Below, piece after piece: positions 41,301 to 53,495 of a stretch of DNA of 64,000 nucleotides (positions within the stretch are counted from its first letter, which is position 1; each line of letters opens with the position of its first letter). A program made the translations under genes and the position numbers. The DNA comes from Eledone cirrhosa (taxonomy: Eukaryota): NCBI GenBank assembly GCA_964016885.1, contig OZ024743.1, forward strand, positions 182,342,001-182,406,000, in the 5' to 3' direction. Under the pieces are notes generated by a model. The model was not told the DNA's origin, ran no database searches, and saw only the letters and a list, made by a program, of their open reading frames with translations.

Positions 41301-44300
41301 GGTATTGGTAGGTATTGGTAGTATTGGTAGTATTGGTTAGTATTGGTGGTATTGTTAGTATTGGTGGTATTGTTAGTATTGGTAGTATTGGTGGTATTGT
41401 TAGTATTGGTGGTATTGGTAGTATTGGTGGTATTGTTAGTATTGGTGGTATTGTTAGTATTGGTGGTATTGGTGGTATTGTTAGTATTGGTGGTATTGTT
41501 AGTATTGGTAGTATTGGTGGTATTGGTAGTATTGTTAGTATTGGTAGTATTGGTAGTATTGGTGGTATTGTTAGTATTGGTGGTATTGTTAGTATTGGTG
41601 GTATTGTTAGTATTGGTAGTATTGGTGGTATTGTTAGTATTGGTGGTATTGTTAGTATTGGTGGTATTGTTAGTATTGGTGGTATTGTTAGTATTGGTAG
41701 TATTGGTGGTATTGTTAGTATTGGTAGTATTGGTGGTATTGTTAGTATTGGTGGTATTGTTAGTATTGGTGGTATTGTTAGTATTGGTAGTATTGGTGGT
41801 ATTGTTAGTATTGGTGGTATTGTTAGTATTGGTAGTATTGGTGGTATTGTTAGTATTGGTGGTATTGTTAGTATTGGTGGTATTGTTAGTATTGGTGGTA
41901 TTGTTAGTATTGGTAGTATTGGTGGTATTGTTAGTATTGGTAGTATTGGTGGTATTGTTAGTATTGGTGGTATTGTTAGTATTGGTGGTATTGTTAGTAT
42001 TGGTAGTATTGGTGGTATTGTTAGTATTGGTGGTATTGTTAGTATTGGTGGTATTGTTAGTATGGTAGTATTGGTGGTATTGTTAGTATTGGTGGTATTG
42101 TTAGTATTGGTGGTATTGTTAGTATTGGTAGTATTGGTGGTATTGTTAGTATTGGTAGTATTGGTGGTATTGTTAGTATTGGTAGTATTGGTGGTATTGT
42201 TAGTATTGGTGGTATTGTTAGTATTGGTGGTATTGTTAGTATTGGTAGTATTGGTGGTATTGTTAGTATTGGTGGTATTGTTAGTATTGGTGGTATTGTT
42301 AGTATTGGTAGTATTGGTGGTATTGTTAGTATTGGTGGTATTGGTGGTATTGGTAGTATTGGTAGTATTGGTGGTATTGTTAGTATTGGTGGTATTGTTA
42401 GTATTGTTAGTATTGTTAGTATTGGTAGTATTGGTGGTATTGTTAGTATTGGTAGTATTGGTGGTATTGGTAGTATTGGTGGTATTGTTAGTATTGGTGG
42501 TATTGTTAGTATTGGTGGTATTGTTAGTATTGGTGGTATTGTTAGTATTGGTGGTATTGTTAGTATTGGTAGTATTGGTGGTATTGTTAGTATTGGTGGT
42601 ATTGTTAGTATTGGTAGTATTGTTAGTATTGGTAGTATTGGTGGTATTGTTAGTATTGGTGGTATTGTTAGTATTGGTGGTATTGTTAGTATTGGTAGTA
42701 TTGGTGGTATTGTTAGTATTGGTGGTATTGGTAGGTATTGTTAGTATTGGTGGTATTGTTAGTATTGGTGGTATTGTTAGTATTGGTGGTATTGGTAGTA
42801 TTGGTGGTATTGTTAGTATTGGTAGTATTGGTGGTATTGGTAGTATTGGTAGTATTGGTGGTATTGTTAGTATTGGTAGTATTGGTAGTATTGGTGGTAT
42901 TGTTAGTATTGGTGGTATTGGTAGTATTGTTAGTATTGTTAGTATTGGTAGTATTGGTGGTATTGTTAGTATTGGTAGTATTGGTAGTATTGGTAGTATT
43001 GGTGGTATTGTTAGTATTGGTGGTATTGTATTGTTAGTATTGGTGGTATTGTTAGTATTGGTGGTATTGTTAGTATTGGTGGTATTGTTAGTATTGGTGG
43101 TATTGTTAGTATTGGTAGTATTGTTAGTATTGTTAGTATTGTTAGTATTGGTGGTATTGTTAGTATTGGTGGTATTGTTAGTATTGGTAGTATTGTTAGT
43201 ATTGGTGGTATTGTTAGTATTGGTGGTATTGTTAGTATTGGTAGTATTGTTAGTATTGTTAGTATTGGTAGTATTGGTGGTATTGTTAGTATTGGTGGTA
43301 TTGTTAGTATTGGTAGTATTGGTGGTATTGGTAGTATTGGTGGTATTGTTAGTATTGGTGGTATTGGTAGTATTGGTGGTATTGTTAGTATTGGTGGTAT
43401 TGTTAGTATTGGTGGTATTGGTAGTATTGGTGGTATTGTTAGTATTGGTAGTATTGGTGGTATTGGTAGTATTGGTAGTATTGGTGGTATTGTTAGTATT
43501 GGTGGTATTGTTAGTATTGGTAGTATTGTTAGTATTGTTAGTATTGGTAGTATTGGTAGTATTGGTGGTATTGTTAGTATTGGTAGTATTGGTTAGTATT
43601 GGTGGTATTGTTAGTATTGGTGGTATTGTTAGTATTGGTGGTATTGTTAGTATTGGTGGTATTGTTAGTATTGGTGGTATTGTTAGTATTGGTGGTATTG
43701 TTAGTATTGGTAGTATTGTTAGTATTGGTAGTATTGGTGGTATTGTTAGTATTGGTGGTATTGGTAGTATTGTTAGTATTGGTGGTATTGTTAGTATTGG
43801 TGGTATTGTTAGTATTGGTGGTATTGTTAGTATTGGTTGGTATTGTTAGTATTGGTGGTATTGTTGGTATTGTTAGTATTGGTAGTATTGGTGGTATTGT
43901 TAGTATTGGTGGTATTGGTTGGTATTGTTAGTATTGGTGGTATTGTTAGTATTGGTGGTATTGTTAGTATTGGTGGTATTGTTAGTATTGGTGGTATTGT
44001 TAGTATTGTTAGTATTGGTGGTATTGTTAGTATTGGTAGTATTGGTTGGTATTGTTAGTATTGGTGTGGTATTGTTAGTATTGGTGGTATTGTTAGTATT
44101 GGTGGTATTGTTAGTATTGGTGGTATTGTTGTATTGTTAGTATTGGTGGTATTGTTAGTATTGGTAGTATTGGTGGTATTGTTAGTATTGGTAGTATTGG
44201 TGGTATTGTTAGTATTGGTGGTATTGTTAGTATTGGTTAGTATTGTTAGTATTGGTGGTATTGTTAGTATTGGTAGTATTGGTGGTATTGTTAGTATTGG

Positions 44301-47300
44301 TAGTATTGGTGGTATTGTTAGTATTGGTGGTATTGGTTAGTATTGTTAGTATTGGTGGTATTGTTAGTATTGGTGGTATTGTTAGTATTGGTGGTATTGT
44401 TAGTATTGGTGGTATTGGTGGTATTGGTAGTATTGGTGGTATTGTTAGTATTGGTGGTATTGTTAGTATTGGTAGTATTGTTAGTATTGGTAGGTATTGG
44501 TAGTATTGGTGGTATTGGTGGTATTGTTAGTATTGGTGTATTGGTAGTATTGGTGGTATTGTTAGTATTGGTATTATTGGTGGTATTGTTAGTATTGGTG
44601 GTATTGTTAGTATTGGTGGTATTGGTGGTATTGGTAGTATTGGTAGTATTGGTAGTATTGGTGGTATTGTTAGTATTGGTGGTATTGTTAGTATTGGTAG
44701 TATTGGTGGTATTGGTAGTATTGGTAGTATTGGTAGTATTGGTGGTATTGTTAGTATTGGTGGTATTGTTAGTATTGGTGGTATTGGTGGTATTGTTAGT
44801 ATTGGTGGTATTGTTAGTATTGGTAGTATTGGTGGTATTGGTAGTATTGTTAGTATTGGTAGTATTGGTAGTATTGGTGGTATTGTTAGTATTGGTGGTA
44901 TTGTTAGTATTGGTGGTATTGTTAGTATTGGTTGTATTGGTGGTATTGTTAGTATTGGTGGTATTGTTAGTATGGTGGTATTGTTAGTATTGGTGGTATT
45001 GTTAGTATTGGTAGTATTGGTGGTATTGTTAGTATTGGTAGTATTGGTGGTATTGTTAGTATTGGTGGTATTGTTAGTATTGGTGGTATTGTTAGTATTG
45101 GTGGTATTGGTAGTATTGTTAGTATTGGTGGTATTGTTAGTATTGGTAGTATTGGTGGTATTGTTAGTATTGGTGGTATTGTTAGTATTGGTGGTATTGT
45201 TAGTATTGGTGGTATTGTTAGTATTGGTAGTATTGGTGGTATTGTTAGTATTGGTAGTATTGGTGGTATTGTGTAGTATTGGTGGTATTGTTAGTATTGG
45301 TGGTATTGTTAGTATTGGTAGTATTGGTGGTATTGTTAGTATTGGTGGTATTGTTAGTATTGGTGGTATTGTTAGTATTGGTAGGTATTGGTGTGGTATT
45401 GTTAGTATTGGTGGTATTGTTAGTATTGGTGGTATTGTTAGTATTGGTAGTATTGGTGGTATTGTTAGTATTGGGTAGTATTGGTGGTATTGTTAGTATT
45501 GGTAGTATTGGTGGTATTGTTAGTATTGGTGGTATTGTTAGTATTGGTGGTATTGTTAGTATTGGTAGTATTGGTGGTATTGTTAGTATTGGTGGTATTG
45601 TTAGTATTGGTGGTATTGTTAGTATTGGTTATTGGTGGTATTGTTAGTATTGGTGGTATTGGTGGTATTGGTAGTATTGTAGTATTGGTGGTATTGTTAG
45701 TATTGGTGGTATTGTTAGTATTGTTAGTATTGGTAGTATTGTTAGTATTGGTGGTATTGTTAGTATTGGTAGTATTGGTGGTATTGTTAGTATTGGTGGT
45801 ATTGTTAGTATTGGTGTATTGTTAGTATTGGTGGTATTGTTAGTATTGGTGGTATTGTTAGTATTGGTGGTATTGTTAGTATTGGTAGTATTGGTGGTAT
45901 TGGTGGTATTGTTAGTATTGGTAGTATTGTTAGTATTGGTAGTATTGGTGGTATTGTTAGTATTGGTGGTATTGTTAGTATTGTTAGTATTGGTTAGTAT
46001 TGGTGGTATTGTTAGTATTGGTGGTATTGTAGTATTGTTAGTATTGGTGGTATTGTTAGTATTGGTGGTATTGTTAGTATTGGTGGTATTGGTTAGTATT
46101 GGTGTATTGTTAGTATTGGTGGTATTGTTAGTATTGGTAGTATTGTTAGTATTGGTGGTATTGTTAGTATTGGTAGTATTGTTAGTATTGGTGGTATTGT
46201 AGTATTGGTAGTATTGTAGTATTGGTGGTATTGTTAGTATTGGTAGTATTGGTGGTATTGTTAGTATTGGTAGTATTGGTAGTATTGGTAGTATTGGTGG
46301 TATTGTTAGTATTGGTGGTATTGGTAGTATTGGTGGTATTGTTAGTATTGGTGGTATTGTTAGTATTGGTGGTATTGTTAGTATTGGTGGTATTGTTAGT
46401 ATTGTAGTATTGTTAGTATTGGTGGTATTGTTAGTATTGGTGGTATTGTTAGTATTGGTAGTATTGTTAGTATTGGTGGTATTGTTAGTATTGGTGGTAT
46501 TGTTAGTATTGGTAGTATTGTTAGTATTGTTAGTATTGGTAGTATTGGTGGTATTGTTAGTATTGGTGGTATTGTTAGTATTGGTTAGTATTGGTGGTAT
46601 TGTTAGTATTGGTGGTATTGTTAGTATTGGTGGTATTGGTAGTATTGGTTGGTATTGTTAGTATTGGTGGTATTGTTAGTATTGGTAGTATTGGTAGGTA
46701 TTGGTGGTATTGTTAGTATTGGTAGTATTGGTGGTATTGGTAGTATTGGTAGTATTGGTGGTATTGTTAGTATTGGTGGTATTGTTAGTATTGGTGGTAT
46801 TGTTAGTATTGTTAGTATTGGTAGTATTGGTAGTATTGGTGGTATTGTTAGTATTGGTAGTATTGGTAGTATTGGTGGTATTGTTAGTATTGGTGGTATT
46901 GTTAGTATTGGTGTATTGTTAGTATTGGTGGTATTGTTAGTATTGGTGTATGTTAGTATTGGTGGTATTGTTAGTATTGGTGGTATTGTTAGTATTGGTA
47001 GTATTGTTAGTATTGGTATGGTATTGGTGGTATTGTTAGTATTGGTGGTATTGGTAGTATTGGTAGTATTGGTGGTATTGTTAGTATTGGTGGTATTGTT
47101 AGTATTGGTGGTATTGTTAGTATTGGTAGTATTGGTAGTATTGGTGGTATTGGTGGTATTGTTAGTATTGGTTGTATTGGTAGTATTGGTGGTATTGTTA
47201 GTATTGGTGGTATTGTTAGTATTGGTGGTATTGTTAGTATTGGTGGTATTGTTAGTATTGGTGGTATTGTTAGTATTGGTAGTATTGGTGGTATTGTTAG

Positions 47301-50300
47301 TATTGGTAGTATTGGTGGTATTGTTAGTATTGGTGGTATTGTTAGTATTGGTGGTATTGTTAGTATTGGTGGTATTGTTAGTATTGGTGGTATTGTTAGT
47401 ATTGTTAGTATTGGTGGTATTGTTAGTATTGGTAGTATTGGTAGGTATTGTTAGTATTGGTAGTATTGGTGGTATTGTTAGTATTGGTGGTATTGTTAGT
47501 ATTGGTGGTATTGTTAGTATTGGTGGTATTGTTAGTATTGGTAGTATTGGTGGTATTGTTAGTATTGGTTAGTATTGGTGGTATTGTTAGTATTGGTGGT
47601 ATTGTTAGTATTGTTAGTATTGGTGGTATTGTTAGTATTGGTGGTATTGTTAGTATTGGTGGTATTGTTAGTATTGGTGGTATTGGTGGTATTGGTGTAT
47701 TGGTGGTATTGTTAGTATTGGTGGTATTGTTAGTATTGTTAGTATTGGTGGTATTGTTAGTATTGTGTAGTATTGGTGGTATTGTTAGTATTGGTGGTAT
47801 TGTTAGTATTGGTTAGTATTGGTAGTATTGGTGGTATTGTTAGTATTGGTGGTATTGTTAGTATTGGTGGTATTGTTAGTATTGGTGGTATTGTTAGTAT
47901 TGTTAGTATTGGTGGTATTGTTAGTATTGGTGTAGTATTGGTGGTATTGTTAGTATTGGTAGTATTGGTGTGTATTGTTAGTATTGGTTAGTATTGGTGG
48001 TATTGTTAGTATTGGTGGTATTGTTTGTATTGTTAGTATTGGTGGTATTGTTAGTATTGGTTGGTATTGTTAGTATTGGTGGTATTGTTAGTATTGGTGG
48101 TATTGTTAGTTTGGTGGTATTGTTAGTATTGGTAGTATTGGTGGTATTGTTAGTATTGGTGGTATTGTTAGTATTGGTGGTATTGTTAGTATTGGTGGTA
48201 TTGTTAGTATTGGTGGTATTGGTAGTATTGGTGGTATTGTTAGTATTGTTAGTATTGGTGGTATTGTTAGTATTGTTAGTATTGGTGGTATTGTAGTATT
48301 GTTAGTATTGGTGGTATTGTTAGTATTGGTAGTATTGGTGGTATTGGTAGTATTGGTGTAGTATTGGTGGTATTGTTAGTATTGGTAGTATTGGTAGTAT
48401 TGGTGGTATTGTTAGTATTGGTGGTATTGGTGGTATTGTTAGTATTGGTGGTATTGTTAGTATTGGTGGTATTGTTAGTATTGGTGGTATTGTTAGTATT
48501 GGTAGTATTGGTGGTATTGTTAGTATTGGTGGTATTGTTAGTATTGGTAGTATTGTTAGTATTGGTAGTATTGGTGGTATTGTTAGTATTGGTGGTATTG
48601 TTAGTATTGTGTAGTATTGGTAGTATTGGTGGTATTGTTAGTATTGGTGGTATTGTTAGTATTGGTGGTATTGTTAGTATTGTGGTATTGGTGGTATTGT
48701 TAGTATTGTTAGTATTGGTGGTATTGGTAGTATTGGTAGTATTGGTGGTATTGTTAGTATTGGTGGTATTGTTAGTATTGGTGGTATTGTTAGTATTGGT
48801 GGTATTGTTAGTATTGGTAGGTATTGGTAGTATTGTTAGTATTGGTAGTATTGGTGGTATTGTTAGTATTGGTAGGTATTGGTAGTATTGTAGTATTGGT
48901 GGTATTGGTAGTATTGGTGTATTGTTAGTATTGGTGGTATTGTTAGTATTGGTGGTATTGTTAGTATTGGTGGTATTGTTAGTATTGGTAGTATTGGTGG
49001 TATTGTTAGTATTGGTAGTATTGGTGGTATTGTTAGTATTGGTGGTATTGTTAGTATTGGTAGGTATTGTTAGTATTGGTGGTATTGTTAGTATTGGTGG
49101 TATTGTTAGTATTGGTAGTATTGTTAGTAATTGTTAGTATTGGTAGTATTGGTGGTATTGTTAGTATTGGTGGTATTGTTAGTATTGTTGTATTGGTAGT
49201 ATTGGTGGTATTGTTAGTATTGGTGGTATTGTTAGTATTGGTGGTATTGTTAGTATTGGTAGTATTGTTAGTATTGGTAGTATTGGTAGTATTGGTGGTA
49301 TTGGTAGTATTGGTGGTATTGGTTGAGTATGTTGTATTGGTTAGTATTGGTGGTATTGTTAGTATTGGTAGTATTGTGTTATTGTAGTATTGGTGGTATT
49401 GTTAGTATTGGTGTATTGTTGTATTGGTTGGTATTGTTAGTATTGGTGGTATTGTTAGTATTGTGTATTGTAGTATTGGTGGTATTGTTAGTATTGGTGG
49501 TATTGTTAGTATTGTAGTATTGGTAGTATTGGTAGTATTGTTAGTATTGGTAGTATTGGTGGTATTGTTAGTATTGGTGGTATTGTTAGTATTGGTGGTA
49601 TTGTTGGTATTGGTAGTATTGGTGGTATTGTAGTATTGGTGGTATTGGTAGTATTGTGTATTGTTAGTATTGGTGTATTGTTAGTATTGGTAGTATTGTT
49701 AGTATTGGTAGTATTGTATGTAGTATTGGTGGTATTGTTAGTATTGGTAGGTATTGGTGGTATTGTTAGTATTGGTGGTATTGGTAGTATTGGTAGTATT
49801 GGTGGTATTGTTAGTATTGGTGGTATTGTTAGTATTGGTGTATTGTTGGTATTGGTGGTATTGTTAGTATTGTTAGTATTGGTGGTATTGTTTGTATTGG
49901 TTGTATTGGTGGTATTGTTAGTATTGGTAGTATTGGTGGTTGTAGTAGTGGTGGTATTGTTAGTATTGGTGGTATTGTTAGTATTGTTAGTATTGGTGGT
50001 ATTGTTAGTATTGGTTAGTATTGGTGGTATTGTTAGTATTGGTAGTATTGGTGGTATTGTTAGTATTGGTAGTATTGGTGGTATTGTTAGTATTGGTGGT
50101 ATTGTTAGTATTGTTAGTATTGGTGGTATTGTTAGTATTGGTGGTATTGTTAGTATTGTTAGTATTGGTGGTATTGTTAGTATTGTTAGTATTGGTGGTA
50201 TTGTTAGTATTGGTTAGTATTGGTGGTATTGTTAGTATTGGTGGTATTGTTAGGTATTGTTAGTATTGGTGGTATTGTTAGTATTGGTGGTATTGTTAGT

Positions 50301-50316
50301 ATTGGTGGTATTGTTA
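20306..50316. repeat. ~30-kb satellite array of 9-bp units GTATTGGTG / GTATTGTTA / GTATTGGTA (~3,300 units; right end unresolved)
   Basis: Continuous 9-bp periodicity, almost no C on the + strand, ends at an N gap. Confidence 0.99.
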
Positions 50317-50317
50317 A

Positions 50318-50517
50318 NNNNNNNNNNNNNNNNNNNNNNNNNNNNNNNNNNNNNNNNNNNNNNNNNNNNNNNNNNNNNNNNNNNNNNNNNNNNNNNNNNN
50401 NNNNNNNNNNNNNNNNNNNNNNNNNNNNNNNNNNNNNNNNNNNNNNNNNNNNNNNNNNNNNNNNNNNNNNNNNNNNNNNNNNNNNNNNNNNNNNNNNNNN
50501 NNNNNNNNNNNNNNNNN
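50318..50517. other. Assembly gap (200 N)
   Basis: Run of N; the round size suggests a scaffolding placeholder. Confidence 0.99.
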
Positions 50518-50574
50518 TAAAACTGTTTTGATATTAGCAGATTGAAGAAACTTGATTAGCTGTGAGGATTCTGG

Positions 50575-50762
50575 TTTAGTTTCAAGTCGGCTCTGATTGG
50601 ACTGACCTGAGGTCAAAGGTATTCCAACAATGACCATCCTATCTTTTTTTATTTTTTATAGTCATTAGATGATGTACTATGAGTAGTCTCCATTTTTTAG
50701 ATAGTAGAGTGTGATTTGAGGGAAATTGGTTGCTATTTCTAACATGTGTAGGTTCCCTTGTT
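50575..50762 (+). repeat. Unclassified dispersed repeat (related copies at about 51886-52050, 52490-52555, 58390-58580, and inverted at about 320-380)
   Basis: Shared motifs ctgatt..gcagac...tcaaaggtattcca..tgaccatcc and gtgatttg...gctgctatttcta. Confidence 0.55.
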
Positions 50763-51682
50763 TGTTTTCTGAGAAGTTTGTTTAGTACCTCATTTCCAAA
50801 GAATTTTAAAGTTGATGAAAACTGGTAAAATATTGCTGAATATAAGTCCCCCCCCCCATTTTATCATCAATATTTTTGTCACATCTCAGCTTATATATAA
50901 GTATATAAGGTAAATTAATAGTTACAAAACAACATTTTTGAGAGGTTCAAGGTCTTTCTCTCACTAAATCTTAGATTTTATTTACTTCTCATGAAAAAAC
51001 TAGTGAAGGAAATGGAGGAGGGGGTTTCTTGTAGAAATGTCCTAAAGTAGATTTGTACCAGGTCACATCTTAGCCCAGCACTGTTACACCTCAAACAGCC
51101 ACCTGCAACTAGCTTACTAAGTTTAATGGAGTGTTACTCCTAAATATTTACATAGTTCCACCACATTTTGATAAAACTTTTGATCAAGAAATTAAAAGCC
51201 AAAACTTTGAAAATAAGAACAAACTCATTACTAAATAAACAGAAAAACAAGTAAAAACAGAAAAAAAGCTTTAGTAAATGAAATTTTTGACCATGAATTA
51301 AATAATAAAAACAAAACAACAAAAATGGTGGTGATGGTGATGATGGTGATGATAATCATGGTTATGTTGTTTATAATGATAATGGTGTTGTTGATGATGG
51401 CTATGATCATCATCATCATCATCATCATTTTACGTCCGCTTTTCCCTGCTTGCAAGGGTATGATGGTTATGTTGGTGGTGGTGATGAATTATTTTCTAAT
51501 AACATTGAAATATGACGGTGTTGTTCATCATTTATATTGTTTACTATGAAGTTGGAAAGAAAATATTTATGAAGACTCTATGTTGTTAGACATTGCCCTA
51601 AAAATGAGACTATAACATAAACTATGTCAGTTACAGCACTAGGTACAGTAGAGAAGTGTGTTGTTAACTTCAGGTGGTGGAT

Positions 51683-51880
51683 TGGCAGTAATCGGTAGAG
51701 CATCAGACTACATGCCTTGTGGCATAGAATTACGGCCTTTTACGTTTTGAATTAAAATCATGCCGAGGTTAGCTTTGCCTTTCATCCTTACTGAGTCAAT
51801 AAAATAAAGTAATGTACTGGGGTTGATTTAATCGTCTTTCCCCTACCCCTAAAATTGTTGTCTAAATCAGAAAGGGTTAT
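51683..51880 (+). mobile_element. SINE family A
   Basis: tggcagtaatcggtagagcatcag...gccgaggttagctttgcctttcatccttac...aaaataaag. Confidence 0.8.
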
Positions 51881-52204
51881 TTACTTCAGGCCAGCCTTGA
51901 TTAAGCAGACTTTATCATCAAAACTCTTCTGGCTGTGATCAGCCTCTATCTTTTATACATAGTGTATCTGGGGTGTTATTCAAAATTTCTTTCCTTTAAG
52001 ATAATTTTGATTGTCAAGTAATTTCACTGCTATTTCGAGCAAGTAGACCAACTATATAGATGCTCGGTTTTTGGCTCATTATGGTAGTGTTAGTGATGTT
52101 GATGTATAACCCCAGGTCAGCTGTCCTTTATTTGGATATACTCTATCTACAACTACATTACACAATGAGCTCTTTCTCTTTTTACAACAATACCATATGA
52201 TTTG

Positions 52205-52490
52205 GGGAGAGGCATGTGGCCTAGTGGTAAGGGTGTTGGACTTATGATCATAATGTAATGGGTTCAATTCCTGGACTGACTGGATTGCGTGTTTTATTCT
52301 TGAGCAAAACAATGCTCCAGTATACTCAGCTGAAAATGAGTACCAGTATTTGCTGGGAGCTTAACCCCGAGATGGACTGGCTTCCTGTCCAGTGAGGAGT
52401 CTTGTACTCTCACTTGCTTCACACCAGAGGAACTGGGATAAATACCAACCTGATGAGCCTCCAAGCTCAAGACAGACTTTAAACTTTTTA
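52205..52490 (+). mobile_element. tRNA-derived SINE family C
   Basis: A-box tggcctagtggtaagg, B-box gggttcaattcc; homologous to 13672-13910. Confidence 0.8.
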
Positions 52491-52596
52491 GATATGATTT
52501 GGTGATTTGGCTGCTATTTCTAGCAAGTCAAATGACCTTGCAAAGGCTCCCTTGTTAGTTAGCTGAGTTAGTAAGGTGATGGAGGATGGCTGTTTG

Positions 52597-53348
52597 ACTA
52601 GAGAGTGGTACTGTCTTCTCAATGTCACTACCTCACACTAGAGGGTACTGTGTCTTCTCATTGTCACTAGAGAGTAGTACTGTGTCATCTCATTGTCACC
52701 AGAGAGTGGTACTGTGTCATCTCATTGTAACTAGAGAGTGGTATTGTGTCATCTCATTGTCACTAGAGAGTGGTACTGTGTCATCTCATTGTCACCAGAG
52801 AGTGGTACTGTGTCATCTCATTGTAACTAGAGAGTGGTACTGTGTCATCTCATTGTCACTAGAGAGTGGTACTGTGTCATCTCATTGTCACTAGAGAGTG
52901 GTACTGTGTCATCTCATTGTCACCAGAGAGTGGTACTGTGTCATCTCATTGTAACTAGAGAGTGGTACTGTGTCATCTCATTGTCACTAGTCACTAGAGA
53001 GTGGTACTGTGTCATCTCATTGTCACCAGAGAGTGGTACTGTATCATCTCATTGTCACCAGAGAGTGGTACTGTGTCATCTCATTGTCACTAGAGAGTGG
53101 TACTGTGTCATCTCATTGTCACCAGAGAGTGGTACTGTGTCATCTCATTGTCACCAGAGAGTGGTACTGTGTCATCTCATTGTCACTAGAGAGTGGTACT
53201 GTGTCATCTCATTGTCACTAGAGAGTGGTACTGTGTCATCTCATTGTCACTAGAGAGTGGTACTGTGTCATCTCATTGTCACTAGAGAGTGGTACTGTGT
53301 CATCTCATTGTCACTAGAGAGTGGTACTGTGTCATCTCATTGTCACTA
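52597..53348. repeat. 32-bp minisatellite (ctagagagtggtactgtgtcatctcattgtca), ~23 copies
   Basis: Head-to-tail units with a 32-bp period (e.g. 53186 and 53218), no spacers. Confidence 0.97.
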
Positions 53349-53456
53349 TCTCCCAGTGTCTGGAGTAATAAATAATAATAATCTTGCTGTGTTAAATATC
53401 TTATTTTGTCTGTTATGAAGTTATTTTTTATGTTAGTTTTATAACTATTTACTGTG

Positions 53457-53489
<33 letters not shown>

Positions 53490-53495
<6 letters not shown>

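Noticed and set aside
20310-50316. Dozens of long Val/Leu-, Gly/Ile/Ser- and Pro/Ile/Thr-rich ORFs (up to 1133 aa)
   Set aside because: They are a direct consequence of a stop-free 9-bp unit. Starts are mostly TTG, frames switch at indels, and there are no domains.
20306-50316. Telomeric repeat array
   Set aside because: G/T-rich on one strand, but it is a mixture of three 9-mers with higher-order duplications and no TTAGGG/TTAGG. This does not look like telomerase product, and sequence continues after the gap.
52449-52480. ctgatgag motif as a hammerhead
   Set aside because: No GAAA or stem III follows; it is the tail of SINE family C (also at about 13690-13705).
52597-53348. CRISPR-like 32-bp repeats
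   Set aside because: Units are head-to-tail with no unique spacers, there are no cas genes, and the context is eukaryotic.
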